This document shows positions 20,933-31,214 of a stretch of 64,000 bases of DNA, piece by piece. The stretch is from an uncultured Chloroflexia bacterium (GTDB lineage Bacteria; Chloroflexota; Limnocylindria; Limnocylindrales; CSP1-4). Each line of letters starts with the position of its first letter. Within the stretch, counting starts at the first letter, position 1. A model generated the notes under the pieces. That model was not told the DNA's origin. It did no database searches and saw only the letters and a program-made list of their open reading frames with translations. The DNA is taken from assembly GCA_963707215.1 (NCBI GenBank), contig CAVPPB010000003.1, positions 1,216,001-1,280,000 of the forward strand, in the 5' to 3' direction. A program made the translations under genes and the position numbers.

Positions 20933-22309
20933 ATGGAGCGCTGGCAGACGATCATCGAACCGTTCCGGATCCACGCCGTCGAGCCCGTCCGGCTGACGAC
21001 GCGCGAGGAGCGCCTGGCGGCCGTCGAGACCGCCGGCTGGAACCTGTTCGGGCTCCACGCTGAGGACGTCCTCATCGACCTGCTGACCGACTCGGGGACC
21101 GGCGCGATGAGCCGCGACCAGTGGGCCGCCATCCAGCACGGCGACGAGTCGTACGCCGGGTCGCCGTCCTGGTACGCCTTCCTCGAGAGCGTCCGCGCGC
21201 TCTGGCCCTTCGAGCACGTCATCCCGACCCACCAGGGCCGGGCGGCGGAGCGGATCCTCTTCAGCGTCCTCGGCGGACCCGGCAAGGTCATCCCCAACAA
21301 CACCCACTTCGACACGACCCGGGCGAACGTCGAGTACACGGGCGCCGAGGCGGTCGACCTGGTCATCCCGGAGGGCCGGGACCCGGCCGCGGAGCATCCG
21401 TTCAAGGGCAACATGGACGTCACGGCCCTGGAGCAGCTCCTGGAGGAACGGGCCGCCGACGTTCCCGTCGTGTTCGTGACGATCACCAACAACTCGGGTG
21501 GCGGCCAGCCGGTCTCGCTCCGCAACCTGCGCGCCGTGCGGGCGGTCTGCGACCGGTTCGGCATCCCGCTCTTCCTCGACGCCTGTCGCTTCGCCGAGAA
21601 CGCCTGGTTCATCCGGACCCGCGAGGAGGGCCAGGGCGACCGGGCGATCCCGGAGATCGTCCGCGAGATGGCCTCGCTGGCCGACGGCATGACGATGAGC
21701 GCGAAGAAGGACGGGCTGGCGAACATCGGCGGCTGGCTGGCGATGGACGACGACGCCCTGGCCGAGCGGTGCCGGATGCTCGAGATCCTGACCGAGGGCT
21801 TCCCGACCTACGGTGGCCTGGCCGGCCGCGACCTCGAGGCGATCGCCCAGGGCCTCCGCGAGGTCGTCGACGAGGACTACCTGCGCTACCGGATCCGCTC
21901 GACCGCGTACCTCGGCGACGCGCTCGACGCGGCCGGGGTGCCGGTCGTCAAGCCGTTCGGCGGCCACGCCGTGTACCTCGACGCGCGGGCGCTCCTGCCG
22001 CACGTGCCCCCGCTCGAGTACCCGGGCCAGGCCCTGGCCGTCGCGCTCTTCGTGGAGGGCGGCATCCGCGGCTGCGAGATCGGCACCGTCATGTTCGGAC
22101 GCCATCCCGACGGGTCGGAGACGCCGGCGGCGATGGACCTGGTCCGGCTCGCCATCCCCCGTCGGACCTACACCCAGAGCCACGTCGACTACGTCATCGA
22201 GGTGGTCCTGGCCGTCGCCGAGCGGGCCGCCGACCTGCGCGGCTACCGGATCGTCGACGAGCCGCCGGCCCTTCGCCACTTCACGGCCCGATTCGAGCCG
22301 CTGGGGTGA
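20933..22309 (+). CDS. tnaA: Tryptophanase (tyrosine phenol-lyase family)
   Basis: EPFRIHAVEP, DLLTDSGT, HQGRAAE, MSAKKDG (PLP lysine) and RLAIPRRTYT. Confidence 0.93.
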   Translation: MERWQTIIEPFRIHAVEPVRLTTREERLAAVETAGWNLFGLHAEDVLIDLLTDSGTGAMSRDQWAAIQHGDESYAGSPSWYAFLESVRALWPFEHVIPTHQGRAAERILFSVLGGPGKVIPNNTHFDTTRANVEYTGAEAVDLVIPEGRDPAAEHPFKGNMDVTALEQLLEERAADVPVVFVTITNNSGGGQPVSLRNLRAVRAVCDRFGIPLFLDACRFAENAWFIRTREEGQGDRAIPEIVREMASLADGMTMSAKKDGLANIGGWLAMDDDALAERCRMLEILTEGFPTYGGLAGRDLEAIAQGLREVVDEDYLRYRIRSTAYLGDALDAAGVPVVKPFGGHAVYLDARALLPHVPPLEYPGQALAVALFVEGGIRGCEIGTVMFGRHPDGSETPAAMDLVRLAIPRRTYTQSHVDYVIEVVLAVAERAADLRGYRIVDEPPALRHFTARFEPLG

Positions 22310-22758
22310 GCCGGGCGATCACCACCGGGGCGGCCCGGGCGACCGCTGACGCGGTCATCGAGGAGCTCGGCCTGCGACCCCACCCTGAGGGCGGCTGGTA
22401 CACCGAGACGTGGCGCGACCCGGCCCCCGACGGCGTCCGGCCGGCGAGCTCGGCAATCTACTACCTGCTCCGTCGGGACGAGCGCTCACGCTGGCACCGG
22501 GTCGATGCGACGGAGATCTGGCACCACTACGCTGGTGACGCCCTGGAGGTACGGGTGACCGACGATGACGGGACGATCCGGGTGGCCCGCCTCGGGTCCG
22601 ACCTCGGGGCAGGCGAGCGACCCCAGGCGATCGTCCCGGCTGGCGCCTGGCAATCGGCCCGACCGCTCGGGGCCTGGACGCTCGTCGGCTGCACGGTGGC
22701 GCCGGCGTTCGAGTTCGAGGGCTTCGAGCTGGCTCCGGAGGGCTGGGAGCCCGGCTGA
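22306..22758 (+). CDS. Cupin_5 (DUF985) family protein
   Basis: LGLRPHPEGGWY, SAIYYLL, WHRVDATEIWH and GCTVAPAFEF. Confidence 0.92.
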   Translation: MSRAITTGAARATADAVIEELGLRPHPEGGWYTETWRDPAPDGVRPASSAIYYLLRRDERSRWHRVDATEIWHHYAGDALEVRVTDDDGTIRVARLGSDLGAGERPQAIVPAGAWQSARPLGAWTLVGCTVAPAFEFEGFELAPEGWEPG

Positions 22759-22890
22759 GGATCCGTCCGGCCCGCCGATCCGGGCTCGGATCCGGCGCTG
22801 CGACCCCACGGTCCGCGCTCCAGGGTCCGCGCCTCGAGGTCCTCGTTGTTGCGGTCCCGCGCCCCTTGGCGCCCGCAGCCCGCAGCGGCA

Positions 22891-23013
22891 AGCAGTGTCA
22901 TTGCTGTGGATCGAGGTCAGCGAGCGTGGCCGCGACCCTGTCCTGCCAGAAACCTGCCCGGGCCCAGCGCACTGACCCGGGTCGGAAGCGATCACGTTGC
23001 TGAGGAGACTGCT
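22891..23013. ncRNA. Candidate structured RNA (long imperfect hairpin) between convergent genes
   Basis: Nested pairings AGCAGT/ACTGCT, GATCG/CGATC and GGTCAG/CTGACC; lower GC than the flanks; no family recognised. Confidence 0.3.
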
Positions 23014-23061
23014 ATCGAGGACCGGGATCCACCCGCTCAGCCGCTCAGCCGACCCGGTCGC

Positions 23062-23685
23062 TCAGCCGCCGGCGTACTTCCAGTACATCGGGCCCGTGTA
23101 GCAATGGCCCAGGGCCTTGCAGGCCCCGCCGGTGAGATCCCAGATCCGCCCGGACACGTACGGCCCTCGATCCACGACCGGCACGGTCAGGGTCCGACCG
23201 TTGGCCGGATTGCGGAACACGATCTTGGTCCCGCAGGGCAGCGTCCGGTGGGCCACGCCGATCAGGGTCTTGGTCATCGCGAGGCCACAGGCCGTCCGGT
23301 TGCCGTAGAACCCGGGGCCGTACCAGGAGAGGTTGCGGTCCAGGCGCCAGGTGTTCTTGGCGACCGACCCGGGCGTCGGCTCAGGCTGGTCGATCGCCGG
23401 GCGCGGAGGAGCCGCGCTCTGGGGCGCCGGCTCGCGGAGCACCTCATCGGGCTCCACGGCCGACTCCGAGCGCAGCGCGGGGTCGTCGGTTACGGACACC
23501 ATCCCGGGCACGGAGGAGGCGTCCAGCGTCACCGGCTGGAACGACTCGAGCGCGCCGGCCTGAGCACCGCCTGGGGTGCGGGACCCGGCCGGACCGGGGA
23601 CGGCGACCATCGCGAGCGCGGCGGTAAGCACCACGCTTGCGACCAAGCGGTCGCGTCTCACAGCCGGCGCATGATACACGGGCAC
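23062..23685 (-). CDS. RlpA-like double-psi beta-barrel (lytic transglycosylase) secreted protein
   Basis: SWYGPGFYGNRTACG, VAHRTLPCGT and VVDRGPY; N-terminal signal; start uncertain. Confidence 0.88.
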   Translation of the reverse strand: MPVYHAPAVRRDRLVASVVLTAALAMVAVPGPAGSRTPGGAQAGALESFQPVTLDASSVPGMVSVTDDPALRSESAVEPDEVLREPAPQSAAPPRPAIDQPEPTPGSVAKNTWRLDRNLSWYGPGFYGNRTACGLAMTKTLIGVAHRTLPCGTKIVFRNPANGRTLTVPVVDRGPYVSGRIWDLTGGACKALGHCYTGPMYWKYAGG

Positions 23686-23738
23686 CGTGGATGTGTCTTG
23701 TGCGCATATCGAGCGAGAGATGCATCCTCGGAGGCGCG

Positions 23739-24662
23739 ATGACGGATGACGGCCGATCCCGGCGGATCCGGTTCGGGGGGCCGCTGGACCTCGGGCTGAC
23801 CGTCGGTCCGCTGCGCCGGGGGCCGGACGACCCCACCACCCGGGTCCGCGGCAGCCTCGCCTGGCGCGCCACGCGGACACCGGCCGGACCGGGGACGGAG
23901 CGGATCGAGCGCGTGGCGGACGGGGCACTCGTCACGGCCTGGGGGCCCGGCGCCGAGTGGCTCCTCGAGACGGTCCCGGACCTCCTCGGAGCGGACGACG
24001 ACCCGGCCTCCTTCCGGCCCGCCCATCCCCGGCTGCGACAGCTCGCCGTTCGGCTCGCCGGTCTGCGGATCGGCCGAAGCGCGGCCGTCCTGGAGGCGCT
24101 GATCCCGGCGATCCTCGAGCAGAAGGTGACCGGGGCGCAGGCCCGGCGGGGATTCCGGGGGCTGGTAGCGGCCTACGGCGAGGGCGCTCCCGGGCCGGTC
24201 CCCCCGGACGGACAGCCGCTTCGCCTGCCGCCGTCGCCCGAGGCGCTGGCCCGTCTCCCCTACCACGCCTACCACCCGTTCGGGATCGAGCGCCGCCGAG
24301 CCGAGACGATCGGTCGGGTGGCCTCCGTCGCGGGCCGGCTGGAAGCGGTCGTCGAGCTGCCCCTGAACGCCGCCTACGCCCGGCTGCGGGCCATCGCCGG
24401 GATCGGCCCGTGGACCGCCGCCGAGGTCGCCCAGCGGGCACTCGGTGACCAAGACGCGGTGAGCGTCGGGGACTTCCACCTGCCCAACCTCGTCGCCTGG
24501 GCGCTGGCCGGCGAGCCGCGCGGCACCGACGAACGGATGCTGGAGCTGCTGGAGCCGTACCGCGGGCAGCGCGGCCGGGTCATCCGGCTCCTGGAGGCGA
24601 GCGGCATCCGGGCGCCGTCCTATGGGCCCCGGCTCGCGCCGCGGCGGATCGAGGCTGACTGA
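23739..24662 (+). CDS. DNA-3-methyladenine glycosylase II (AlkA/HhH-GPD) family protein
   Basis: AILEQKVTG, HhH motif IAGIGPWTA and GDFHLP. Confidence 0.88.
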   Translation: MTDDGRSRRIRFGGPLDLGLTVGPLRRGPDDPTTRVRGSLAWRATRTPAGPGTERIERVADGALVTAWGPGAEWLLETVPDLLGADDDPASFRPAHPRLRQLAVRLAGLRIGRSAAVLEALIPAILEQKVTGAQARRGFRGLVAAYGEGAPGPVPPDGQPLRLPPSPEALARLPYHAYHPFGIERRRAETIGRVASVAGRLEAVVELPLNAAYARLRAIAGIGPWTAAEVAQRALGDQDAVSVGDFHLPNLVAWALAGEPRGTDERMLELLEPYRGQRGRVIRLLEASGIRAPSYGPRLAPRRIEAD

Positions 24663-24683
24663 GCAGCCGGCCGATCGGCCGGA

Positions 24684-25889
24684 TCAGCCCTCGCGCATCC
24701 CCCAGGGGGAGCCATATGCGGTCAGCAGCTCCAGGAACGGCACCGGGTCGAAGGCCTCGGGGCCCAGCACGCCGGCCCCGGACCAGGTCCCCGCGGCGAT
24801 GAGCTCCAGGGCGACCACCGGGTTGATCGCCGTCTGCCAGACCACGGCCTGGGCGCCGTACTCGCGCATCGACCACTCGTTGTCGACCACGTGGTAGAGG
24901 TAGACCTCGCGAGGCCGCCCGTCCTTGCCCTTGCCGGTGACCCACAGGCCGGCGCAGGTCTTGCCGGTCATCCGGTCGCCCAGCGCGGCCGGGTCGGGTA
25001 GACAGGCGGCGACCACGTCGCGCGGCGAGACCTCGACTGCACCCACCTTGACCTTCTGGGTCCGGTCGAGCCCCAGCTTGTGGAGCACCCTGAGGACCTC
25101 GATGAACTCGTCCCCGAGGCCGTACTTGAAGGTCACTCGCTTCGCCTTGACCCAGCGTGGGATGAGGAGGACCTCCTCGTGCTCGACGTTCACGCACTCT
25201 ACCGGCCCGATGCCCTCGGGAAAGTCGAAGACCTCCGGCTCGCTGAACGGCGGCGTCGTGTACCAACCCTTGTCCGCCTCCCAGATGACCGGCGGATTGA
25301 GGCATTCCTCGATCGTCGTCCAGATCGAGAAGCCGGGCGCGAAGTCGTAGCCCTGGACCACGAGGTTCGCCCCATCGCGAACGCCGGCCTCGTCGATCTC
25401 ACCGAACAGGTGGTCCTGGGCATAGCGGGCGAAGACGTCCGAGAGACCCGGTTCCACGCCGATCCCCACCAGGGCGAGTCGGTCGGCCATCTCCCAGTCC
25501 CTGGCCCTGGCGAACTGCTCGTCGCCGAGCTTGACGCCGGGCAGCTCGTAGGGTCGCTCAGGATGAGCCTTCGAGAGCGACATCGCCATGTCCAGGTAGT
25601 GAGCGCCGGCCCGGAACGCCCCGTCGAAGATCGGCATGACGAAGCGCGGATCGACCGCGTTGAGGACGTGGGTGATGCGGGCCTCGCGGCAGAGCGTCTC
25701 GACCGCGCCGGCGTCGGAGGCGTCGATCCGGGCGGCGGAGAAGCGCGGGTCGGCCACGGCGGCGACGGCACGCTCGGCGCGGGCCTGGTCGTAGTCGGCG
25801 ACGACCATGTGCTCGAAGAACGACCGTCGGGCGGCGATGGGAACGACCGCGCTCCCGACCCCGCCGGCGCCGATGACCAGGATCCGCAT
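24684..25889 (-). CDS. Saccharopine dehydrogenase family (carboxynorspermidine dehydrogenase-like) protein
   Basis: MRILVIGAGGVG, HYLDMA, GVEPG, VEHEEV and GVLGPEAFDP. Confidence 0.9.
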   Translation of the reverse strand: MRILVIGAGGVGSAVVPIAARRSFFEHMVVADYDQARAERAVAAVADPRFSAARIDASDAGAVETLCREARITHVLNAVDPRFVMPIFDGAFRAGAHYLDMAMSLSKAHPERPYELPGVKLGDEQFARARDWEMADRLALVGIGVEPGLSDVFARYAQDHLFGEIDEAGVRDGANLVVQGYDFAPGFSIWTTIEECLNPPVIWEADKGWYTTPPFSEPEVFDFPEGIGPVECVNVEHEEVLLIPRWVKAKRVTFKYGLGDEFIEVLRVLHKLGLDRTQKVKVGAVEVSPRDVVAACLPDPAALGDRMTGKTCAGLWVTGKGKDGRPREVYLYHVVDNEWSMREYGAQAVVWQTAINPVVALELIAAGTWSGAGVLGPEAFDPVPFLELLTAYGSPWGMREG

Positions 25890-25995
25890 GGCTTGGCTCC
25901 CCTGCTGCGACTCGAGTCAGTTTCGCGCGCCAGAGGCGGATCGGGATGGCGATGTGCGGGCCATGGGACGATCGATCTGGCGAGGACGAGCCGTC

Positions 25996-26592
25996 CTAGC
26001 CTCCCGGCTCCGGCTCCCGGGCCTCGTGGCTGGCGAACACCGCGAGGCGCGTCCCAGGGCGGGTCCAGTCGAGCGGACCGAGGCCGGCCTTCTCGCAGAC
26101 CGCGGCCAGCGTCGTCTCGCGATCCCAGCCGCGCTCACGAGCGACCTGGGGGAGGAGGACGGCCCGTCGCCGTCCGCGTTCGACGACGATCCCATCGCGC
26201 TCGGGCGCGAAGTCCGGCGGGTCGTCGATCGGCACGGGCGATCCGACGACCGTCACCTCGATAGCGATCCGGTCGAGCTCGCCGGCGGCGACCGGGGGGA
26301 AGCGGTGGTCGGCGACGGGCACCGCCGCCGCGGCATCGATGACGTTCTGCCAGAGCGGGCGGTCCGGGTCCATCCGCCCGAGGCAGCCGCGCAGGTGCCC
26401 GGCCTCGGTCAGGGTCACGAAGGCGCCGGCGGGCTCGCGCAGGCTGCGCGGCAGGTCGGCCGGCGCGATCCCGGGCGCTTCTGCGGGGCGTACGGCCGCC
26501 TCGACCGCGGCCCGGGCCAGCCACAGCAGGACCGCGTCGTCCTCGGAGGAGAAGGACGGCAGCGCGGCGACGGCGACTCTCGCGCCCGACAT
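25996..26592 (-). CDS. AmmeMemoRadiSam system protein A (AMMECR1 domain)
   Basis: GAFVTL, LRGCLG, DHRFPPV, LLPQVA and CEKAGL. Confidence 0.9.
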   Translation of the reverse strand: MSGARVAVAALPSFSSEDDAVLLWLARAAVEAAVRPAEAPGIAPADLPRSLREPAGAFVTLTEAGHLRGCLGRMDPDRPLWQNVIDAAAAVPVADHRFPPVAAGELDRIAIEVTVVGSPVPIDDPPDFAPERDGIVVERGRRRAVLLPQVARERGWDRETTLAAVCEKAGLGPLDWTRPGTRLAVFASHEAREPEPGG

Positions 26593-26787
26593 CGGAGCGA
26601 CCGTAGGTCGGCGGGGCTGTGGATACCAGAGCCGTTCGGCCGGGTCGGCGGAGACGCCGCCCGGGGTCGGCGGAGAGTCGGCCGGGTCGGCCGGGGCCGG
26701 CCACGCCGTCGGCCGGTGCGCCCGCCCGCCCCGGCGTACCATCGGAGCAGGAACGCCGGTCGACCCGACCGCCCTGGGAGGTGCCTA

Positions 26788-27405
26788 GTGCCCTGGCCGC
26801 AGCCCGCCAAGATCGCCTTCATCGGCTCGCACGGGATCCGCAAGACCTCGGCGGTGCTGGCGTTCGCTGCAGCCGTCCAGCGGGCCGGCTGCTCGGTCGA
26901 GCTCGGTCGCGAGGTCGTGCGCGACAACCCGCTCGGCATCAACGAGGGAGCCACCGGGGAGGCCCAGCTGTGGGTCCTCGTCTCCCAGGTCCGCCAGGAG
27001 CTCGAGCTGGCCCGGAAGGCCGACGTCCTGGTCACCGACCGTGGTGTCATGGACAACTACGCCTACTACCTGCGCGCCTGTGGCGGCCAGGATGAGTTCG
27101 CGGTCGGGCCACTCGTCCGGCGCTGGTCGCGGAGCTACGACCTGGTCGTCAGGCTGCTGCCCGACATCGAGCTCCAGGCAGACGGCGTCCGCAGCACCAG
27201 CGACGCGTTCCGCGACGAGATCGAGGGCCTCCTCGATCGGGTGCTGCCGGACCTGGTGCCGCCCGACCGGTTGGTCGTGATCCGGGCCTCCGGCGTCGAC
27301 CGCCTGACCGACTGGCACTCCGTGCTCCTGCGGCTGGCTGCGGCGGTCGGCGGGTCGATCGGCGCCGAATCGCCACCGCGCGAGCCGAGCACCGCCCGGC
27401 GCTGA
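26788..27405 (+). CDS. P-loop NTPase/kinase of the AAA_28 (NadR/Ttd14-like) type
   Basis: KIAFIGSHGIRKTS, VTDRGVMD and ADGVRS; GGAGG RBS. Confidence 0.75.
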   Translation: MPWPQPAKIAFIGSHGIRKTSAVLAFAAAVQRAGCSVELGREVVRDNPLGINEGATGEAQLWVLVSQVRQELELARKADVLVTDRGVMDNYAYYLRACGGQDEFAVGPLVRRWSRSYDLVVRLLPDIELQADGVRSTSDAFRDEIEGLLDRVLPDLVPPDRLVVIRASGVDRLTDWHSVLLRLAAAVGGSIGAESPPREPSTARR

Positions 27406-27547
27406 CCCCCAGCGGAAGCGCCGATCGCCGTGTCGAGCACGGACAGCGGCGGGTCTCGCGGCAGGGTGGGCCGAGTCCCCCGGCCCGTGGCAGCGGGCCA
27501 TCCGGCCGGGGCGTCGGACCGGCTGGCGAGCGTAGCATCCAGCCGCC

Positions 27548-29266
27548 ATGCGACCACTGCCGCCGCCGTTCGATCGCGTTGCCGCTGGTCGGACAGCTAC
27601 CATCTCCCTGCGCGGCGCGTCCCTCCTCGGCTCTCGCCTCCTGACCAAGGACCTCGCCTTCAGCGAGGAGGAGCGTGACGCGTTCGGCCTCCGCGGCCTC
27701 CTCCCGACACGTGTCCTGACGATCGAGGAGCAGGCCCAACTCGAGCTCGAGCACCTCCGCCGCAAGTCGGACGACCTCGAGGCCTACATCGGGCTGGCCG
27801 CCCTCCAGGACCGCAACACCACGCTCTTCTATCGGCTCCTCGCCGAGAACCTCGAGGAGTTCCTGCCGATCGTCTACACGCCGACCGTTGGCCGGGCCTG
27901 TCAGCAGTGGAGTCATATCCTTCGGCGGACCCGCGGCACGTGGATCACCCCGGATGACGTGGATCGGATCCCCCGGCTCCTCCGCCACGTGCCCTACGAG
28001 GACGTCCGCCTCATCGTCGTCACCGACAACGAGCGGATCCTCGGTCTCGGCGATCAGGGTGCCGGCGGGATGGGCATCCCGATCGGCAAGTTGGCTCTCT
28101 ACACGGCCGCCTGTGGCATCCACCCGACGGTCACCCTGCCGGTCTCGCTGGACGTCGGTACCGACAACCACACACTCCTCAACGACCCGCTCTACCTCGG
28201 CTACCGGGCGCCCCGTCTCCGCGGCCCGGCCTACGACCGGATCGTCGAGGCCTTCGTCGAGGGCGTCGCCGACGTCTGGCCCGGCTGCCTGGTCCAATGG
28301 GAAGACTTCAAGCAGGGCAACGCGATGCGGATCCTCGATCGCTATCGCGACCGGATCCCATCGTTCAACGACGACATCCAGGGGACATCGGCGACGGTCC
28401 TCGCCGGCGTCGTGGCAGGGCTCCGGGCGACCGGCCAGGATCTCGCCCACCAGCGGATCGTGCTGGCCGGCGCCGGGGCAGCGGGTATCGGGATCGCACG
28501 GCTCCTGCGCCTGGCGCTCCTCGAGGCCGGGACGGACCGTCAGGCAGTGTCCCGGACGATCGTGGCGCTCGACTCCAAGGGCCTGGTCCACGACAGGCGG
28601 CCCGACATCGACGACGCGAAGCGCGACTTCGCCATCCCAGCCGATCACGCCGCGTCGCTGGGCCTCGACCTGGGCGGCGAGCGACCGCCGGGCCTCCTCG
28701 ACGTCGTCCGGGCCATCCGGCCGACCATCCTGGTCGGCACGACCGGGGTCGCCGGCACCTTCACGGAGTCTGTCGTGCGCGCCGTCGCCGAGGGGGTGCC
28801 GCGGCCGCTCATCCTGCCGTTGAGCAACCCGACCTCGGCCACCGAGGCACGGCCGAGTGACATCATCGAATGGACGGACGGTCGTGCCCTGGTCGCCACT
28901 GGCTCGCCCTTCCCGCCGGTGGAGCACGCCGGTGTCCACCATGTCGTCGGACAGGCCAACAACGCCTTCGTGTTCCCAGGGCTCGGGCTCGGCACGATCG
29001 TGGCCGAGGCTCGTACGGTGAGCGATGCCATGGTCCACGTCGCCGCACGGACGCTGGCCGGGCTGGTCACTGAAGAACGGCTCGCGGTCGGGGCCCTCTA
29101 CCCACCGGTCAGCGACCTGCGTGCCGTGAGCCGCGAGATCGCGATCGCCGTGGCTCGCGAGGCGCTGGAGTCCGGGCTGGCCCGGGTCTCCCACGAGACG
29201 GACATCCCGGCCGAGGTGGACGGCGCCATGTGGTGGCCGGACTACGCCAGATACGAACCGCGCTAG
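27548..29266 (+). CDS. maeA: NAD-dependent malic enzyme
   Basis: PIVYTPTVG, ERILGLGDQG, QWEDF, FNDDIQGT, GAGAAG, PLSNPT and QANN. Confidence 0.95.
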   Translation: MRPLPPPFDRVAAGRTATISLRGASLLGSRLLTKDLAFSEEERDAFGLRGLLPTRVLTIEEQAQLELEHLRRKSDDLEAYIGLAALQDRNTTLFYRLLAENLEEFLPIVYTPTVGRACQQWSHILRRTRGTWITPDDVDRIPRLLRHVPYEDVRLIVVTDNERILGLGDQGAGGMGIPIGKLALYTAACGIHPTVTLPVSLDVGTDNHTLLNDPLYLGYRAPRLRGPAYDRIVEAFVEGVADVWPGCLVQWEDFKQGNAMRILDRYRDRIPSFNDDIQGTSATVLAGVVAGLRATGQDLAHQRIVLAGAGAAGIGIARLLRLALLEAGTDRQAVSRTIVALDSKGLVHDRRPDIDDAKRDFAIPADHAASLGLDLGGERPPGLLDVVRAIRPTILVGTTGVAGTFTESVVRAVAEGVPRPLILPLSNPTSATEARPSDIIEWTDGRALVATGSPFPPVEHAGVHHVVGQANNAFVFPGLGLGTIVAEARTVSDAMVHVAARTLAGLVTEERLAVGALYPPVSDLRAVSREIAIAVAREALESGLARVSHETDIPAEVDGAMWWPDYARYEPR

Positions 29267-29303
29267 GGATCGACGACGGCGGCCCGGAGCCGCGGGTCGA
29301 TCG

Positions 29304-29501
29304 TCAGGCGGTCGATCCGTTGCCGGCGGCCTCTGTCCGGGTGTCCCCGGGCTCGACGACCATCGCCAAGACCTGCTCGCGCGTGGCGACCATGTTGTGC
29401 ATCCGTCGGCCGTGCTCCTGGGTCGCCTCGACGAGCTCGTCCTCACTGCCCGTCGTCTCCCAGCCGCAGGCGCAGCGCAGCCGCAGGGGCTCCTCCGTCA
29501 T
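29304..29501 (-). CDS. DUF1059-like small protein
   Basis: LRCACGWETTGSEDELV...EHGRRMH; AAGGAG RBS. Confidence 0.75.
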   Translation of the reverse strand: MTEEPLRLRCACGWETTGSEDELVEATQEHGRRMHNMVATREQVLAMVVEPGDTRTEAAGNGSTA

Positions 29502-29512
29502 GGCGCTCTCCT

Positions 29513-30007
29513 TCAGCCCAGGTTCCGGAACGGCTCGGGCACGTACCCGACAAGAACGTCGCGCCAGGGGCCACTGAGCTCGCGGGCCACCACGGGGTCG
29601 TCCGCCGCGAGCCAGGCCATGTGACGCAGGCCGTGCTCGACGACCTGGGCGTGGGCGATCGCTCGCGGGGCTGCGGTGGCAGCCGAGCGGGCGAGCTCGG
29701 CCCGTTCGATCGGCTCGCTCGGCATATCGCCCACGAGGCCGGCATCGATGACGACGACGAAGCTGAGCACGACGGCGGCCCCCTCGCGTCGCCACGACGT
29801 GGAGTGGACCAGCAGGGGCTCGCCGACGACATCTCGGACGATCCGGTCGACGACCTCCACGGGGTGATCGTCCTCGCCCAGCTCCAGGATCCACGGCGCA
29901 GCACCGCAGGGTCCGGTGAGCTCCAGGTGGTCGCCCGCCAGCCAGACGACGAAGACCTCCGCCCGTATCGGCCCGTGGACGTCCCAGCCGGCCAGGTCCC
30001 GGGTCAT
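29513..30007 (-). CDS. Hypothetical protein (possible NUDIX-like fold)
   Basis: ATG overlaps the upstream stop; coherent ORF with VHSTSWR and VVEHGLRHMAWL. Confidence 0.65.
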   Translation of the reverse strand: MTRDLAGWDVHGPIRAEVFVVWLAGDHLELTGPCGAAPWILELGEDDHPVEVVDRIVRDVVGEPLLVHSTSWRREGAAVVLSFVVVIDAGLVGDMPSEPIERAELARSAATAAPRAIAHAQVVEHGLRHMAWLAADDPVVARELSGPWRDVLVGYVPEPFRNLG

Positions 30008-30996
30008 CGTCGCCCGCCCAGCGGCGGGGCCAGCCTGCCCAAGCCGCGCTGGACGCCTTCGGCGGTGCGAGTCCAGGCGACCTCGGCCCGGGTCCGTAGC
30101 GACGCTGGGGTGTGGACGACGGCGTAGTAGGCCACGTACGCGTAGGCCGCCCCGGCGAACGCGTCGATGATCCAGTGGTCGCCCGTGTAGATCACCGAGA
30201 AGGACACGAGGATCGCGTATCCCAGGGCGAGCCAACCCACCCGCCCGAACGCCCGCCGGAGGACCAGGAACGTCAGGAACGGGTAGGCGACGTGGAGCGA
30301 CGGGAAGGCCGCGACCAGATTCGGGTTCACGCCTGCGAAGGCGAACGAGTAGAGGTAGCGACCGTGGAAGCCGAGGCCGTCGGCCAGCATCTCGAAGGCG
30401 GCCGGCTTCAGATAGGCGAGGACCGGGACCCCATCCGGGCCGTCCAGGATCCCGGCATCGGCGGCGAACCACGGTGGGGCCGCCGGCACGAGCAGGTAGG
30501 TCATGAAGCCGGCCAGGCTCAGCAGGATCAGGGCGGCGACGAAGTCGTAGAACTGCGGTCGCCGCCAGATCCACAGGACGTAGCCTGTCACGAGCGGCAG
30601 GGCGAAATGGAGCATGTAGACGATCGTCGCGAGCATCGCGATGTTGTCCACGCCGACCGCCGGCCGGAGGGCATCCTGGAGGACCTGGGTCGGGATGGTG
30701 CCGAACGCGACGAGCCGATCCGCGACGACCATGTCCCCGACGTGGACCCCGATCCCGGTGTCATCCGCGACGCCGCGCATGAGCTCGTAGGCGAGCAGGA
30801 GAGCGATGAACGGTATCCAGTCCCGGAAGAACAGCCGGCCTCGGCCCAGGAGGATCGCCGACAGGCCGAACGCGACGGCCAGCACGTCCGGGGTGATGGC
30901 CAGGCCACGCTGGAACATCGTCAGGATCACCAGGAGCGCGTAGCCCAACAGGGCCACCATCAGCAGCCGCTCGTTGCGCTGCCCGAGGCGCGGCAT
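30004..30996 (-). CDS. PAP2/AUR1-like membrane phosphatase or phosphotransferase
   Basis: PAAPPW, AAFPSLH and YTGDHWIID motifs; multiple TM helices. Confidence 0.9.
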   Translation of the reverse strand: MPRLGQRNERLLMVALLGYALLVILTMFQRGLAITPDVLAVAFGLSAILLGRGRLFFRDWIPFIALLLAYELMRGVADDTGIGVHVGDMVVADRLVAFGTIPTQVLQDALRPAVGVDNIAMLATIVYMLHFALPLVTGYVLWIWRRPQFYDFVAALILLSLAGFMTYLLVPAAPPWFAADAGILDGPDGVPVLAYLKPAAFEMLADGLGFHGRYLYSFAFAGVNPNLVAAFPSLHVAYPFLTFLVLRRAFGRVGWLALGYAILVSFSVIYTGDHWIIDAFAGAAYAYVAYYAVVHTPASLRTRAEVAWTRTAEGVQRGLGRLAPPLGGRR

Positions 30997-31214
30997 CCGT
31001 TGGAGATCGGTCTCGGCCGTCGCTGGCCCTCCTCCCCTGGCCTGCGTGATGGCGGATCGATACCGCCGTCCCTTCGGCCGGACTCGGGCGGCCGGTCCGG
31101 GGGATTCTAGCCCGGGTCAGCCAGACCGGCACCCACGGACCCATGTGACGGGCGTGCCGGCGGGTCCGAATGGCCCTCGGGAGCCGGGGCGCCCTCCTCT
31201 ATGGTGACGCCAGC

